From assembly GCF_004010195.1 (NCBI RefSeq), contig NC_057750.1, forward strand, positions 19,688,117 to 19,752,116: DNA of 64,000 nucleotides, in the 5' to 3' direction. Numbering within the stretch: position 1 is the stretch's first letter; each line of letters starts with the position of its first letter. This DNA comes from Chiloscyllium plagiosum. Its lineage: Eukaryota. This document shows positions 36,408-48,968 of this stretch, piece after piece. The notes under the pieces are model-generated. The model was given only the letters and a program-made list of their open reading frames with translations, did no database searches and was not told where the DNA came from. The translations under genes and the position numbers were made by a program.

Positions 36408-39400
36408 TGTTGGACTACTAACAAAAAAACACAAAGGAAGTTAGACCACTGCCTCAAAATGTACAAATGATCAAAGGTTGGTTAAGAAGGAAGTCCCAGA
36501 TGTGCTTAAAATATATACACGCAAGGGTAATGTTTATTCAGATAGGCCAGGAATCGCAGGTAAAGCGGTTTCAATATGAAAGGATACAGGATCCTATCAG
36601 TCTGATGCTGAAGGATGAGGAGATATGCACTCCTGAAGGACTACTGCCTGAAAAGGTACCATTAACAAGAATTCATGGTGAGACAAAAAGTGCTCAATTA
36701 CGTAAAGTGAGGCTACAGTGTCCAGAGAAGAGTGGAAAATTTGTGGTAGGAGTACGGGAAAACACTGAGCTCCAGGAATACAATTTGTCCTTGGAAATGA
36801 TGTCGCCGATTCACCGGTAGGCATGCTGCCCACCCTAGTTGAATAGTCAGTGGAGACTCAAGCAACGGAAGAAATGCAGGGTGTTTATCCAGGGATCTTT
36901 CCAGATTGTGTGGTCACAAGCTCACAGAGGCACACGCTGAAGCAGGAGAGATTAAAAGCCACAGAGTAGGAAGCTGACGTAGCTTTATCAGGCATGTTTT
37001 TGATCAGGTAAGTGGGATGGAGCAGGAGCAAATAGGTAAACGTGCACGTATCTTTAGCTCTGCTAAACTTATTGAGTTACAGCAGAAAGATGAGAACTTA
37101 AAAACATTGTATCAAAGTGCATATACAGAGAAGGGGATTGAATGCATCCGTGTGTGTTATTATTTAACAAATCATGTCTTAATGAGGAATTGGAAACCAT
37201 CATACATTCAAGAGATGAGAAATGGGTAGAGATTCATCAAATTGTCTTGCCAGTAGAGAATAGAAAGGAGGGGCTGCGAGTTATGCATAAGCTATGACTT
37301 GGAAGTCATTTTGGGGTGAGGAAAACACAGGCTAGAATACCAAGGCATTTTTACTGGCCTGGACTACATAAGATGTCATTGACTTTTGCCAGATGTGTCA
37401 TACATGTCAACTAATCAGAAAGCCACAGGCAGTAATCAAATCTGTACCTTAAAGATCTATTCCAGCATTTGACAAACCTTTCACAAGAGTCCTGATTGAT
37501 TGTAAAGGCCCCTGACCTCAAACAAAACGTGTGAAAAAGAATTTATTTACAATATTGGATGTATCAAATAGATTTCCAGAGTAGAAGAATTAATCATTTT
37601 TTTTAACGAGATATGTATGACCAGTAAAAATCCGGTCAGTTCAAAGATCAAACTTCACATCCAAACTGTTCAAGGAGGTTATGGATGGTTTGGGAATAAA
37701 GCAATTGAAATCTATTGTGTACCATCCAGAATTGCAGGGAGCACAAGAGAGATGGCATCAAACACTAAAGACTAGAGCTAATAGTCAGGGCTATTCAGAT
37801 GGTTGGGATAAGGGAGTTCCATTTGTGCTTTTTGCAATCAGAGAAGCACCAAAGAAATCAAACAAATTCAGTCGGTTTGAATTAATTTTTGGGTATGAAG
37901 TAAGAGGACTGTAAAAATTGAATAACAAGAAATTAATGTCAGCATTCAGAGATCATCCTTTTGGACTATGTGCCAAATTTCAGAGAATGACTAAATAGAG
38001 CTGAGGAACTGGCTAGACAGCATTTAAGAGCATCACAGCATACAATGAAACAAGAAGCAGATAAATAAAAAAAATACAGTTTTGCAATTGGGACTAAGGT
38101 ATTGGTGTTACTTTCAGTATTAGGTGAAACTTTAAAAACAAGGATTCGTGGACCTTATCAAATTGAGTGAGATAAACTACTTGATAAGAACACCAGATAG
38201 GAAGAAATATCACAGAGTGTGTCAGGTGAATATGTTCAAAAGTTATTTTGATATCGAAGGAAAGCAAGAGGAGGTGTTAATGATTACAGCACAGAAGGAA
38301 GAACCAAGTACAGAGGATGCTGAATTCGACATTCCTCAAATCAAATTGGACAGTGAGGAAGTTGTCAAAAATTGGGATAAATTACTGAGTTACCTTCAAT
38401 GAAAAAATCAAAATGTCCTGATAGAGGTATTACTATCAGATGGGAGATAATTGGAAATAAACTGAGAAGTGCTAACCTAATTGTGCATGATGTAGATATA
38501 GGAGATGCTGTTCTGATTAAGCAATATTCTTCAAGGCTTTACCCTCTAAACTTGGCACATGTTTAGAAGGAGATAGAATGCATGTTTCAAGATGGCATAA
38601 TCAAAGTGAGTTGCAGTGACTGGAGCTCACCCATAGTCATGGTGCGAAAGACAGATGATACCCTTTGTTATGTGGACTATTGCAAAGTCAATGCCATTAC
38701 AATGACTGATGCATATCCAATTCTGCGGTTGGAAGACTGTGTCGAAAAAGTGGAGCAAGCAACTTACATTTCTGAGTTGGGCTTGCTCAGAGGCAAGTAC
38801 CTCGATCAGAGAGAGCAAAGAAGATTTCGTCTTTCATAATACCAAATGGACTATATCAGTTTGAAGTCATGCCATTTGGGATGAAATGTGCTACAGCCAA
38901 ATTTTAGAGATTACCTAACACGGTCATTGCGAGGTTACCCAACTGTGTTGCTTACCTTGATGACCTGGCGACTTTTAGTCAGTCATGGAAGGAACATTTA
39001 CTGCCTGTATTGGACTTGTTCAATCGACTTCGGAAGGCAGGCTTGGTGGTAAACCTAGCTAAAGTGAATTTGCCAAAGCCTAAGTCACCTTCCTCGGTCA
39101 CGTTATTGGGCATAGACAAATGGCCCCACGGATTGCGAAAGCAAAAGTAATTGGGGAATTTCCCACACCATCAATGAATAGAGCAGTACTACAGTTCCTG
39201 GATTTGAGTGGATTTTGCTGAGAGTTTTTGCCGAATTTTAGCAGTGTGGCTGCTCCACTCACCGAATTGATAAAAAAAAAGGGCAAGAAGTTTCAGTGGA
39301 TAGCGGACTGTCAAAAGACTTTTGACAGCCTGAACACTGTGTTAACCACTGCCCCAGTCTTAGCCACTCCGGGTTACACAAAGCCTTTCAAAGTGGCTAT

Positions 39401-40430
39401 TGATGCCAGTGATGTGGGTGTCAGTGCAGTGCTCCTGCAGGAGGATGACGAGGGAATAGAAAGACCCATTTGGTATTTTTCTATGAAGTTGAACGCTCAT
39501 CAACAGAAATGTTCATTGTTGGAGAAAGAGATGTTAAGCTTGCTGTTGACATGACATTTCAGTGTTATTACCAGCAATGCATCTGAGACAATCGTATACA
39601 CTGATCACAACCCTTTGACATTTCTGGGAAAATTTAAGAATGAAAATACCAGACTGTTTCGATTGAGCTTGTTGTTGCTGCCATTCAATTTGACAATTGT
39701 GCATATAGCAGGTCACGAAAACGTGATAGCTGATGTGTTGTTGAGACTCAAGTGAGATGTGGAGGTGTTCAGTGGCTGGTGTGCCACGGTCTGAATTGGA
39801 ATGTGGTTGTGCACTTTTTGCATGTGTATAGTTAGTATAGTGTATATGCATATTGCAATTTACTAATCAGTTTTTTTTAAGCTTTTTAAAAAACAAAACC
39901 ATCTTTTGACATTGGTGGTTCATTTTTTTTCAGGTGGGCAGTGTCACAAATCCAGTCCTTTTATTTTCTAAAAGCTGTTGCTTTTCTGGGAGGATACTGT
40001 GTCCTTGTTTTGTCTCAGAGGGGTTCTTAACAGACCAGGCTCCAAACCGACTGGATTGATACAATAACAAAAGAGTATTGAGAGGCCTTTTTGTTTATAT
40101 GTGAACAGATGTTAGGCCAAAGCATTTATGTTTTCAGAAGTGACCTGTATAATGAAAGGGGAGTGGCCAGCCCTGGAAACTGAAGTTAAGTTTGAGTCAG
40201 TTCAGCAGTGAGCTGTGTGGAAACAGGCTACTCAACTCGCTCTCTTTCTGCCCTTCTAACTTCGACCTGCAAGCCTTTGTTTCGTTTTGACAGGGGTTTG
40301 TTTATTGGGACTGTCATAACTAACTTATTCTGGGTAATTTTCACTGCACACTTGCCGAAATTAATTGCAAAATTATGGTCCAGGCTGTCAGCTTAAGCAT
40401 GTTATGAGAGGTGTGGCCTAGTCAATAACA
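36408..40430 (+). mobile_element. Decayed Gmr1-like Ty3/Gypsy LTR retrotransposon (PR-INT-RT-RH), 5' LTR missing, 3' LTR 39942-40430
   Basis: DTGS 36583-36594; FYWPG/CQMCHTCQ ~37350-37410; YHPELQGAQERWHQTLK; WSSPIVMV, MPFG, YLDD 38953-38964; DASDVG, TDHNPL; LTR TGTCACA...AATAACA. Confidence 0.9.
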
Positions 40431-42169
40431 TTGTTGTGTCACCATAGTCTTACCACACCATAGGGGCTGTTCTCAAATTATAGAGAAGCAACTGGTTGCG
40501 ATTTAATGTGAGAGCTACCAGACCTCAGACAAGCAAAGAGGTTGAGAAGGAAGGTCATTCATGGTAACCTCAAGCCAGTGATGGGAATTGAACCTATGCT
40601 GCTGATATCCCACTGTTCTACAAACCATTGAACCAGACAACTGAGCTAAAGAACTTCCCCATTTCGTTGTGCCCGCGTTTAAAAAACAAACAAACCTAAA
40701 ACCCATTCTGGTCGTTGAAGTAGCAGCATCTGTTAGCCATTATTGAAATAGCTAATTCAGACATTTTGGCGCCATTGCCTTTGTGATCCCTTTTGATAAA
40801 CAACCAAAGACAGAATAACCCTGTTAAAGGAGCAGCTTGGCCACACATAGGCGAAACTCAGCAGATCTGACAGCATCAGTGAGAGGGAAACAAAGTTAAC
40901 GTTCCTAGTCACATATGATTTTCCTTCAAAAGAAATGATAGAGAATAATATTAACTCATATTAGAGAATAAATATGGAATGCAAATGCTTGCTGCATTGC
41001 TGTGGTGAATATATCAGATGATGAATGAAGGTTAATGTTAGATTCAGTTGTGGCTTGAAAGTAGGCAGTTCGACCACCATTTTTCAAGTGATTGCCCCGG
41101 GAAATGAACGAGAGAATGAATGCACTGTATTTTGTTGAGTTAAACTAGGCACTTTGTATTTTAGCATCCATTTATGAAGAACACAGGTACTTATATTAAT
41201 TAATGAAATTTCCAGTATGTCCAACTGCACTGCAATGTTCGCATTAATTTGGTAGCCAGTACTCTTTCATGCACTCAGGATTATGTAGCAGATGTTCATA
41301 ATTCCAAAATTACATCCAATATTGGTCACTGAGTTTTGATATTTTCAGCTATGCCTTGGCTGATTACAACCAACTTCCTGTATGTCACAAAAATCCAGAG
41401 ATAATTGTTGCTTAAAATAATTGAATTAATGTGTTCTGCACAGTAGCAATTAAATTGCGAACGGCTATTTTTGGCACAAAGTCTGAGATACCCTGTCCTG
41501 AAATTGTGAGGTTTCTGTGCATTAGAATCTATTCGGATCAAACTGAACATTTTTAGAGAAGTGAACACAGCAGGTTGTTGCTCAGTACTGCATTCAACAG
41601 ATTTATTTTAAAACTGCTATAAGAAATATCACACTCGTGGATATGATATCACAAAGCACTGTGCTGCGTTCATCAGTCAAAAATTGTCGTCGACATTGGG
41701 ATGTATAAAGTTTCTTCAATTCATCAGACTCTGCTGATGAGTAAATGTGATTATGCCAGCGTATATATTCAGAGCAAAAACAATCGGTAATTTCAGTTGT
41801 ATCGAATGAAGGTGAATATCAGTGCTTTAGTTTCATTGTCTGCAAACATTGGGGTAGCATTTTAACTGCTTCAGTATTATGCAGGGGTTAGTCTAGTATC
41901 ACAGGATGTACATTCAGGTCTCCGATTTTCTGTTTCTCTGAATAGTTTTTGGCAATATCCATGCTCATGATCCGACAACTTGTTGAATATACGTTTGCTG
42001 TAATACATTATAAAGTGAACATGTTTGTTCAGTGACTGTAATGAATTCCAGTCTCCATGGGCTGGGGCTTCCTCAGCAGGATAAAACCTCCGTCGCTTTC
42101 TGGTAGTTGCACACACTCTCGGGAGTCCCGACCGATGACTAATGTGAAGAATCTCCTGGTTGTGCAAAA

Positions 42170-42260
42170 ATGAACTGGACTCTGATCTTCCAAATAGGAG
42201 ATGTTCTTTATGATTCCCAAAAGGTATACTACCCCCTACTCACCACTATTGCAATTCCAA
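42170..42260 (+). pseudogene. GPR139-like GPCR pseudogene A, exon 1
   Basis: MNWTLIFQIGDVLYDSQKVYYPLLTTIAIP + phase-1 GT donor; joins exon 2 to complete TM1 (P-I-N-I-L-T). Confidence 0.75.
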
Positions 42261-43342
42261 GTAAACCCCAGTATTCAAATATCCATAATATTGACAATAT
42301 ATTGTTGTTATTCAGCTTGCCATTCTGTGAATGTTATGAAATAATGTGAAACATGGTGCTATATGGTTTCTGTTAGTTTTCTTTTAAATCTATGCAGACA
42401 TTTTCATAATCAGTTATATTTTTAAAAAATATTCAAAACTGATCACACTTGTGATTGCTTTATTAGCTTACCTCAGTTTAGATTTCCATATCAACGGAAT
42501 GTGCAGTTTATTGAGATTGTAGTATGTACGTACAAGAAACCTTCATGTGCTGCAAAGTGCATATTGTATTTGACGATTAAAACTAGTGCTCCGCACAATT
42601 AGTTTTCCAGTGAGTATTAGTGCACCAAGGCTGACAACAATTTCACTTCCATTATTCAAATATTCACAAGTGAACGTTGAAATGCTTGGTCTTAATCACA
42701 CAATAATTAAATTGTCCTCAAAATCAGACAACTACAGAATTTACCTGCAATGACTGATTCTGTGACCGGATTTTTAAGAATGCTATCTGGAACTTAGTAT
42801 AAATAGTATGCTTCAAACTTGAGGCAGAACCACTGTAGTCAGTTAGTATTTCCAAATAGAACGTTTTGCTTGTTTTCCAGGACTTTTGGAGAATCTGTGC
42901 AGAATGCGCATTTATAGAACTGTTTCGAACTTCCCAAAATACTCAGAATGTGTCGAGTTCACCAGAGATTGAGAGCATAGCAGAGTGTATACACAAGTGT
43001 TGATGCATATTACTGTTTACAGATGTTCCATGCATTATTATGCAAATTCATTTAATGTTGTGGTTCTGTTCGCCGAGCTGGAAGTTTTTGTTGCAAACGT
43101 TTCGCCCCTTGGCTAGGCGACATCATCAGTGCTTGGGAGCCTCCTGCGAAGCGCTTCTTTGATGCTTCCTCCGGTGTTTATAGTGGTCTGTCCCTACCGC
43201 TTACGGTTGTCAGTTTCAGCTGTCGCTGTAGTGGTTGGTATATTGGGTCCAGGTCGATGTGTTTGTTGATGGAGTTTGTGGATGAATACCATGCCTCTAG
43301 GAATTCCCTGGCTGTTCTCTGTCTGGCTTGCCCTATGATAAG

Positions 43343-44029
43343 NNNNNNNNNNNNNNNNNNNNNNNNNNNNNNNNNNNNNNNNNNNNNNNNNNNNNNNNNN
43401 NNNNNNNNNNNNNNNNNNNNNNNNNNNNNNNNNNNNNNNNNNNNNNNNNNNNNNNNNNNNNNNNNNNNNNNNNNNNNNNNNNNNNNNNNNNNNNNNNNNN
43501 NNNNNNNNNNNNNNNNNNNNNNNNNNNNNNNNNNNNNNNNNNNNNNNNNNNNNNNNNNNNNNNNNNNNNNNNNNNNNNNNNNNNNNNNNNNNNNNNNNNN
43601 NNNNNNNNNNNNNNNNNNNNNNNNNNNNNNNNNNNNNNNNNNNNNNNNNNNNNNNNNNNNNNNNNNNNNNNNNNNNNNNNNNNNNNNNNNNNNNNNNNNN
43701 NNNNNNNNNNNNNNNNNNNNNNNNNNNNNNNNNNNNNNNNNNNNNNNNNNNNNNNNNNNNNNNNNNNNNNNNNNNNNNNNNNNNNNNNNNNNNNNNNNNN
43801 NNNNNNNNNNNNNNNNNNNNNNNNNNNNNNNNNNNNNNNNNNNNNNNNNNNNNNNNNNNNNNNNNNNNNNNNNNNNNNNNNNNNNNNNNNNNNNNNNNNN
43901 NNNNNNNNNNNNNNNNNNNNNNNNNNNNNNNNNNNNNNNNNNNNNNNNNNNNNNNNNNNNNNNNNNNNNNNNNNNNNNNNNNNNNNNNNNNNNNNNNNNN
44001 NNNNNNNNNNNNNNNNNNNNNNNNNNNNN
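43343..44029. other. Assembly gap (N run)
   Basis: N characters. Confidence 1.
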
Positions 44030-45013
44030 TATCTGATCCAGAGTTTGGGTTGAATTTGTGGTAGGACTGTTTTTTCTAACCTTTGCATAACTGCCTCTGC
44101 TATGAGACCCGAGATTGGTGATCCCATGGGTGTTCCGTTGATTTGTTCGTATATCTGGTTGTTGAATGTGAAGTGTGTTGTGAGGCACAAGTCCAGTAGT
44201 TTAAGTATGCCGTCTTTGTTGATAGGTTCAGCTTTCTGTTCTGTATGTCCAGAATGTATGATCAGCTTTCTGTTCTGTATATCTGCAAGTAGTTGTTGTG
44301 CTTAAATCAGATTACATCCAAAAAGCACAACTACTTGCAGATATCAACACCTACCAAATGAAGGAATTTGACCCCACACCACAACTCACCAATAGGATAA
44401 ATAACACACTAAGGAATCTACAAAAAACAGACAGATAACCAGAGCTGACCTACAAAGAATGAAACCGGAAAGCAACAACACCCCCAGATTCTATGGATTA
44501 CCTAAAGTACACAAACCAGACATCCCACTCAGACCCATAGTATCACTGCCAATACAATCAACACAGGAATTCTTGGACATCATCAGAAATATACACATAG
44601 ACAAAGAAGAAACCATGATATCATTCGACTGTTCACTTCGATTGACAAAACCCTAGCCAGAGAAACAATAGCCAACCTACTGGACATACAGATCAGAAAA
44701 CAGGACGCTGAACCTACCAACAAAGACGGCATACTTAAACTACTGGACTTGTGCCTCACAACACACTTCACATTCAACAACCAGATATACGAACAAATCA
44801 ACGGAACACCCATGGGATCACCAATCTCGGGACTCATAGCAGAGGCAGTTATGCAAAAGTTAGAAAAAACAGTCCTACCACAAATTCAACCCAAACTCTG
44901 GGTCAGATATGTCGATGACACGTTTGTAATCATTAAAACACAGAAATAGAGAAAACACACCGGATCATTAACGCCACACTCACAGGAATCCGATTCACGA
45001 GAGAAGAAGAAAA

Positions 45014-45319
45014 NNNNNNNNNNNNNNNNNNNNNNNNNNNNNNNNNNNNNNNNNNNNNNNNNNNNNNNNNNNNNNNNNNNNNNNNNNNNNNNNNNNNNNN
45101 NNNNNNNNNNNNNNNNNNNNNNNNNNNNNNNNNNNNNNNNNNNNNNNNNNNNNNNNNNNNNNNNNNNNNNNNNNNNNNNNNNNNNNNNNNNNNNNNNNNN
45201 NNNNNNNNNNNNNNNNNNNNNNNNNNNNNNNNNNNNNNNNNNNNNNNNNNNNNNNNNNNNNNNNNNNNNNNNNNNNNNNNNNNNNNNNNNNNNNNNNNNN
45301 NNNNNNNNNNNNNNNNNNN
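45014..45319. other. Assembly gap (N run)
   Basis: N characters. Confidence 1.
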
Positions 45320-46374
45320 AAACACTATATAGTACAAACAGGAAGACAGCTAACAATCCGCATCCATGAACATCAACTAGCCATGAAACGACACGACCAG
45401 CTATCCTTAGGAGCCACACACGCAGACAACACGGAACACAAATTTGACTGGGGCAACACTACTATCATAGGGCAAGCCAGACAGAGAACAGCCAGGGAAT
45501 TCCTAGAGGCATGGCATTCATCCACAAACTCCATCAACAAACACATCGACCTGGACCCAATATACCAACCACTACAGCGGACAGCTGAAACTGACAACCG
45601 GAAGCGGCAGGGACAGACCACTATAAACACCGGAGGAAACATCAAAGAAGCGCTTCGCAGGAGGCTCCCAAGCACTGATGATGTCGCCTAGCCAGGGGAC
45701 GAAACGTTTGCAACAAAAACTTCCAGCACGGTGAACAGAACCACAACAACGAGCACCCGAGCTACAAATCTTCGCACAAATTCATTTAATATTTTGAGTA
45801 AAACAAATGCAATTATCTTTGTTTCAAGTACCTACAGTTATTTCTTAAGAGACTTTGTATTTATAGGTGAATATCCTTATATATCTTCATGGTAACATTC
45901 AACATTCACCGAATGTCCTGATGAGTTAGTGTTTGGAAACTTCGTCAATATTAGTTTAGCATGTGCTGAGCGTGTTTGGAATATCAGTAGATGGGATTGC
46001 AATAGTGTGACGCATAATCCTTGGTATATTTGGTATTTCCGAGTATGTCTTGGAGTCTGATCATGTCAATAAAAATTGATGGCTAAGTAATAGGTACCAA
46101 GATGCTCAGGTGGCGTACATAATTCAGTAAATCTTCTTTCATTATCACATTATCCTTCAGTATGCCTGTTTCTGAGCTTCAAATCTGTGATGGATTTTCT
46201 TCGGCAGCAGAGGTGTTTTTGAACAGGTAAATCAAAAATATATTTCATGCAATCAATTGGCAGAATGCAATTTTGTTTTATAATCAATGCATCAACTTGT
46301 CCTGCGTTCCAAAATCTACCTGAAAGAGCTTAAGAACTTAAAATCTTAAATGTTGCTTTATAACAGCAATATTA

Positions 46375-46688
46375 TTGTGGTTCTGTTCGCCGAGCCGGGA
46401 ATTTGTGTTGCAGACGTTTCGTCCCCTGTCTAGGTGACATCCTCAGTGCTTGTGAACCTCCTGTGAAGCGCTTCTGTGATGTTCCTTCCAGCAGTTATAG
46501 TGATTTGTATCTACCGCTTCCGGTTGTCAGTTCCAGCTGTCCGCTGCAGTGGTCGGTATATTGGGTCCAGGTCGATGTGCTTATTGATTGAATCACTGAG
46601 GATGTCACCTAGACAGGGGACGAAACGTCTGCAACACAAATTCCCAGCTCCGCGAACAGAACCACAACAATGAGCACCCCAAACTTTG
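46375..46688. mobile_element. Miniature inverted Penelope derivative with two opposed hammerhead cores
   Basis: TSD AACAGCAATATTA at 46362-46374 and 46689-46701; empty site in copy B at ~60057-60069. Confidence 0.9.
46409..46449 (-). ncRNA. Minimal type I hammerhead ribozyme motif
   Basis: Minus strand GCA-CTGAGGA-T-GTCACCT-AGAC-AGGGGAC-GAAAC-GTC-TGC: core boxes, stem II, GUC triplet, stem I GCA/TGC. Confidence 0.75.
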
Positions 46689-48164
46689 AACAGCAATATT
46701 AATGTATTGGCATCGTAGTGACTTGAGAAGCCGACTTACTATTGCTTTTGTAAGTGCAATTAGATGTCAGAACTAAATGCCGCTCATATATCAGAGCAAT
46801 ATAAACAATAGAATTGTTATATTACTAATAGCACTAACAGATTTACTAATAAAAACTCGAAAGTTGACATTTCTCCTGGGAAGTCTGTATCTTTATATTG
46901 AATCCATGCAATTTGGAAATATGCTAGGCAATTTATTTTTCCAGATACACAACGTTTAAGACATTTCCTTTTGGAAACATCGCCAGTGCCTTTGACTCTT
47001 TAATGAAAATCTTTGGAAGATGTCAGTCTTTAAATGCATGATATAGAGTCTTCCAAAGTTTATACACAATGCTTCCATTGTCTGGTTGCTTACAATTGAT
47101 GCTTGATGTATTTCAGTATTTAAACACAATATGTGGATCATGTCAGCATCTCTGGAAATATCAGGTTCCTTTCGAGTTTAAGGGGAAAAAAACCTTGCAT
47201 TGTGCTGTTTTGAACAATCTCTGAGAGTGCTTCAGGATTTGTATTGACTGCACGAACTGTTGGCCTTTATACACCTATTTACATTATATGGCTAAGTCAA
47301 TTTAACCAGTAATTATAGCAGGTAATTTTCATTTATGTGCAATGAATCTGACTGGAACCTTCACTGTCAGTAAAGCGACAGATGACAGTTTGTTGAAGAC
47401 CGAAACATGATATCCATGCATTACATTTTTCAAGTTGTCAATGAAAAACTTGCAGCATTTTTCATGTGTCTGAAATAAATGTAACTGACATTTATTGGAG
47501 AAGCCATTCAACCTAACAAAGTGTACATAGATCAATATCAAAATTTGCACCGATTTAAGAACCTTGATATTGCACAATCTGTGTACAGAATCAAGCTCTC
47601 AGCCAGGTTTTCCGCAATAGCTTGCTGTAAATAGAGTCAAGCAAACACGGTAAATGACTTGAAATGAAGCAATGTATTACAGAATAAATTTCTTGTATTA
47701 GTCACATTTATTTTGCATTGTTTACCCACAATGTATGCTTCAGTTCAAAGCTGTCACAACATGGAAGGCTCTGTTCTCGTATAAACATAACATTCTACAT
47801 GTTGGATTGAAAAGGAAACCCATTGGGACAGGGGAACTTCATGAAATTCTAAAGGACTGGATGGGATTCTGGGCTTTTAATATAGAAAAACAGAAAACTA
47901 AATCAAAAGCATATCGACAACACTTGGGGAAAGGCTCTGACCAACATCTAATTCAGTGATGACTGCCATTATAATCAGGTGGAAAAACTTTGGAGATCTT
48001 TTTGAATGCGTTAAAACATACGATAGATAGTAACAGAGCATGTCATAACAAACGTTTTTCTGCGGGTAAGCAAGGTGACGCTGAAAGGATACTGTTCCAG
48101 GGATAATAACAAGATTTACAATGGACTACACAATTAGGAGAACTGATCTCACATTCCCAAGAGA

Positions 48165-48455
48165 GATTAGATTAGATTCCCTATAGCGTGGAAACAGGTC
48201 CTTCGGCCCTCCCACTCCTCCAAAGAGTAACCCACCCTGACCCATTTCCCTCCGACTAATGCACCTATGGGCAATTCAGCACGGCCAATTCACCTGGCCT
48301 GCATATCTTTGAACTGTGGGAGAAAGCTAGAGCCGGAGGAACCCACACAGACATGGGGAGAATATGCAATCTCCACAGTCACCCGAGACTGAAATTGAAC
48401 CTGGGACCCTGGTGCTGTGAGGTAGCAGCGGTAATCACTGAGCCACCATGCCACC
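48165..48455 (-). mobile_element. tRNA-derived SINE (HE1-like), absent from duplicate copy B
   Basis: ggtggcatggtggctcagtg head and (TCTAA)n tail on minus; copy B ~61550 lacks it. Confidence 0.8.
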
Positions 48456-48968
48456 CTGCTAACAAAGAGAAAAAGAAAAATACCATATCTTGGATGAGTT
48501 TGAGAAGGAGGCACCTTCATGGCAATCACAGCCATGTCCCAGAACTAAACAAGCACTGTTAGCATCACTCTACATCCGAAACCATCTGTGCGCCCAACTG
48601 TTCTAATTGATGCCTACAACATGGAGGAGAAAGAGGGATATCTGTTGTGCAGAGTTTTAACATAACACTTGTAATCCCACCTGAGAAGACAAGGAGAACT
48701 ATATTAATGATCTCTCAGAAACAAACATCGTGAGGATCACATTTGGCCCTCTACACCCACAAATATGTAGGATTGACCATATTTGTTACAGATAGAAAAT
48801 GTGAGATTAGGACTGAATATATGTGTTTCAGATAGATGATGTGGGTAAAGTGCATCATTTGACTACCTACACACGAAATGGCTGAATGTTTCCCCAGCTT
48901 CTCATCAATCTTTTGTGTTTTGTTTTACTGTTCGAGTGCTAATAATTTTTTGCTTTTTTATTTGGCAG

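Larger units (their letters stand above)
43057..45776. mobile_element. Young Penelope-like element with two long inverted arms
   Basis: Minus arm 43057-~44303 and plus arm to 45776; PRFYGLPKVHK, GTPMGSPIS, WVRYVDDTF; TSD CAAATTCATTTAAT at 43043-43056 and 45777-45790. Confidence 0.92.

Noticed and set aside
40339-40396. FTAHLP as possible continuation of V2 after the LTR element
   Set aside because: Lies inside the 3' LTR (ends 40430); no YYC or RSS follows.
43178-45419. Long ORFs of 134-336 aa in the ORF track
   Set aside because: Artefacts of reading through N gaps within a Penelope element.
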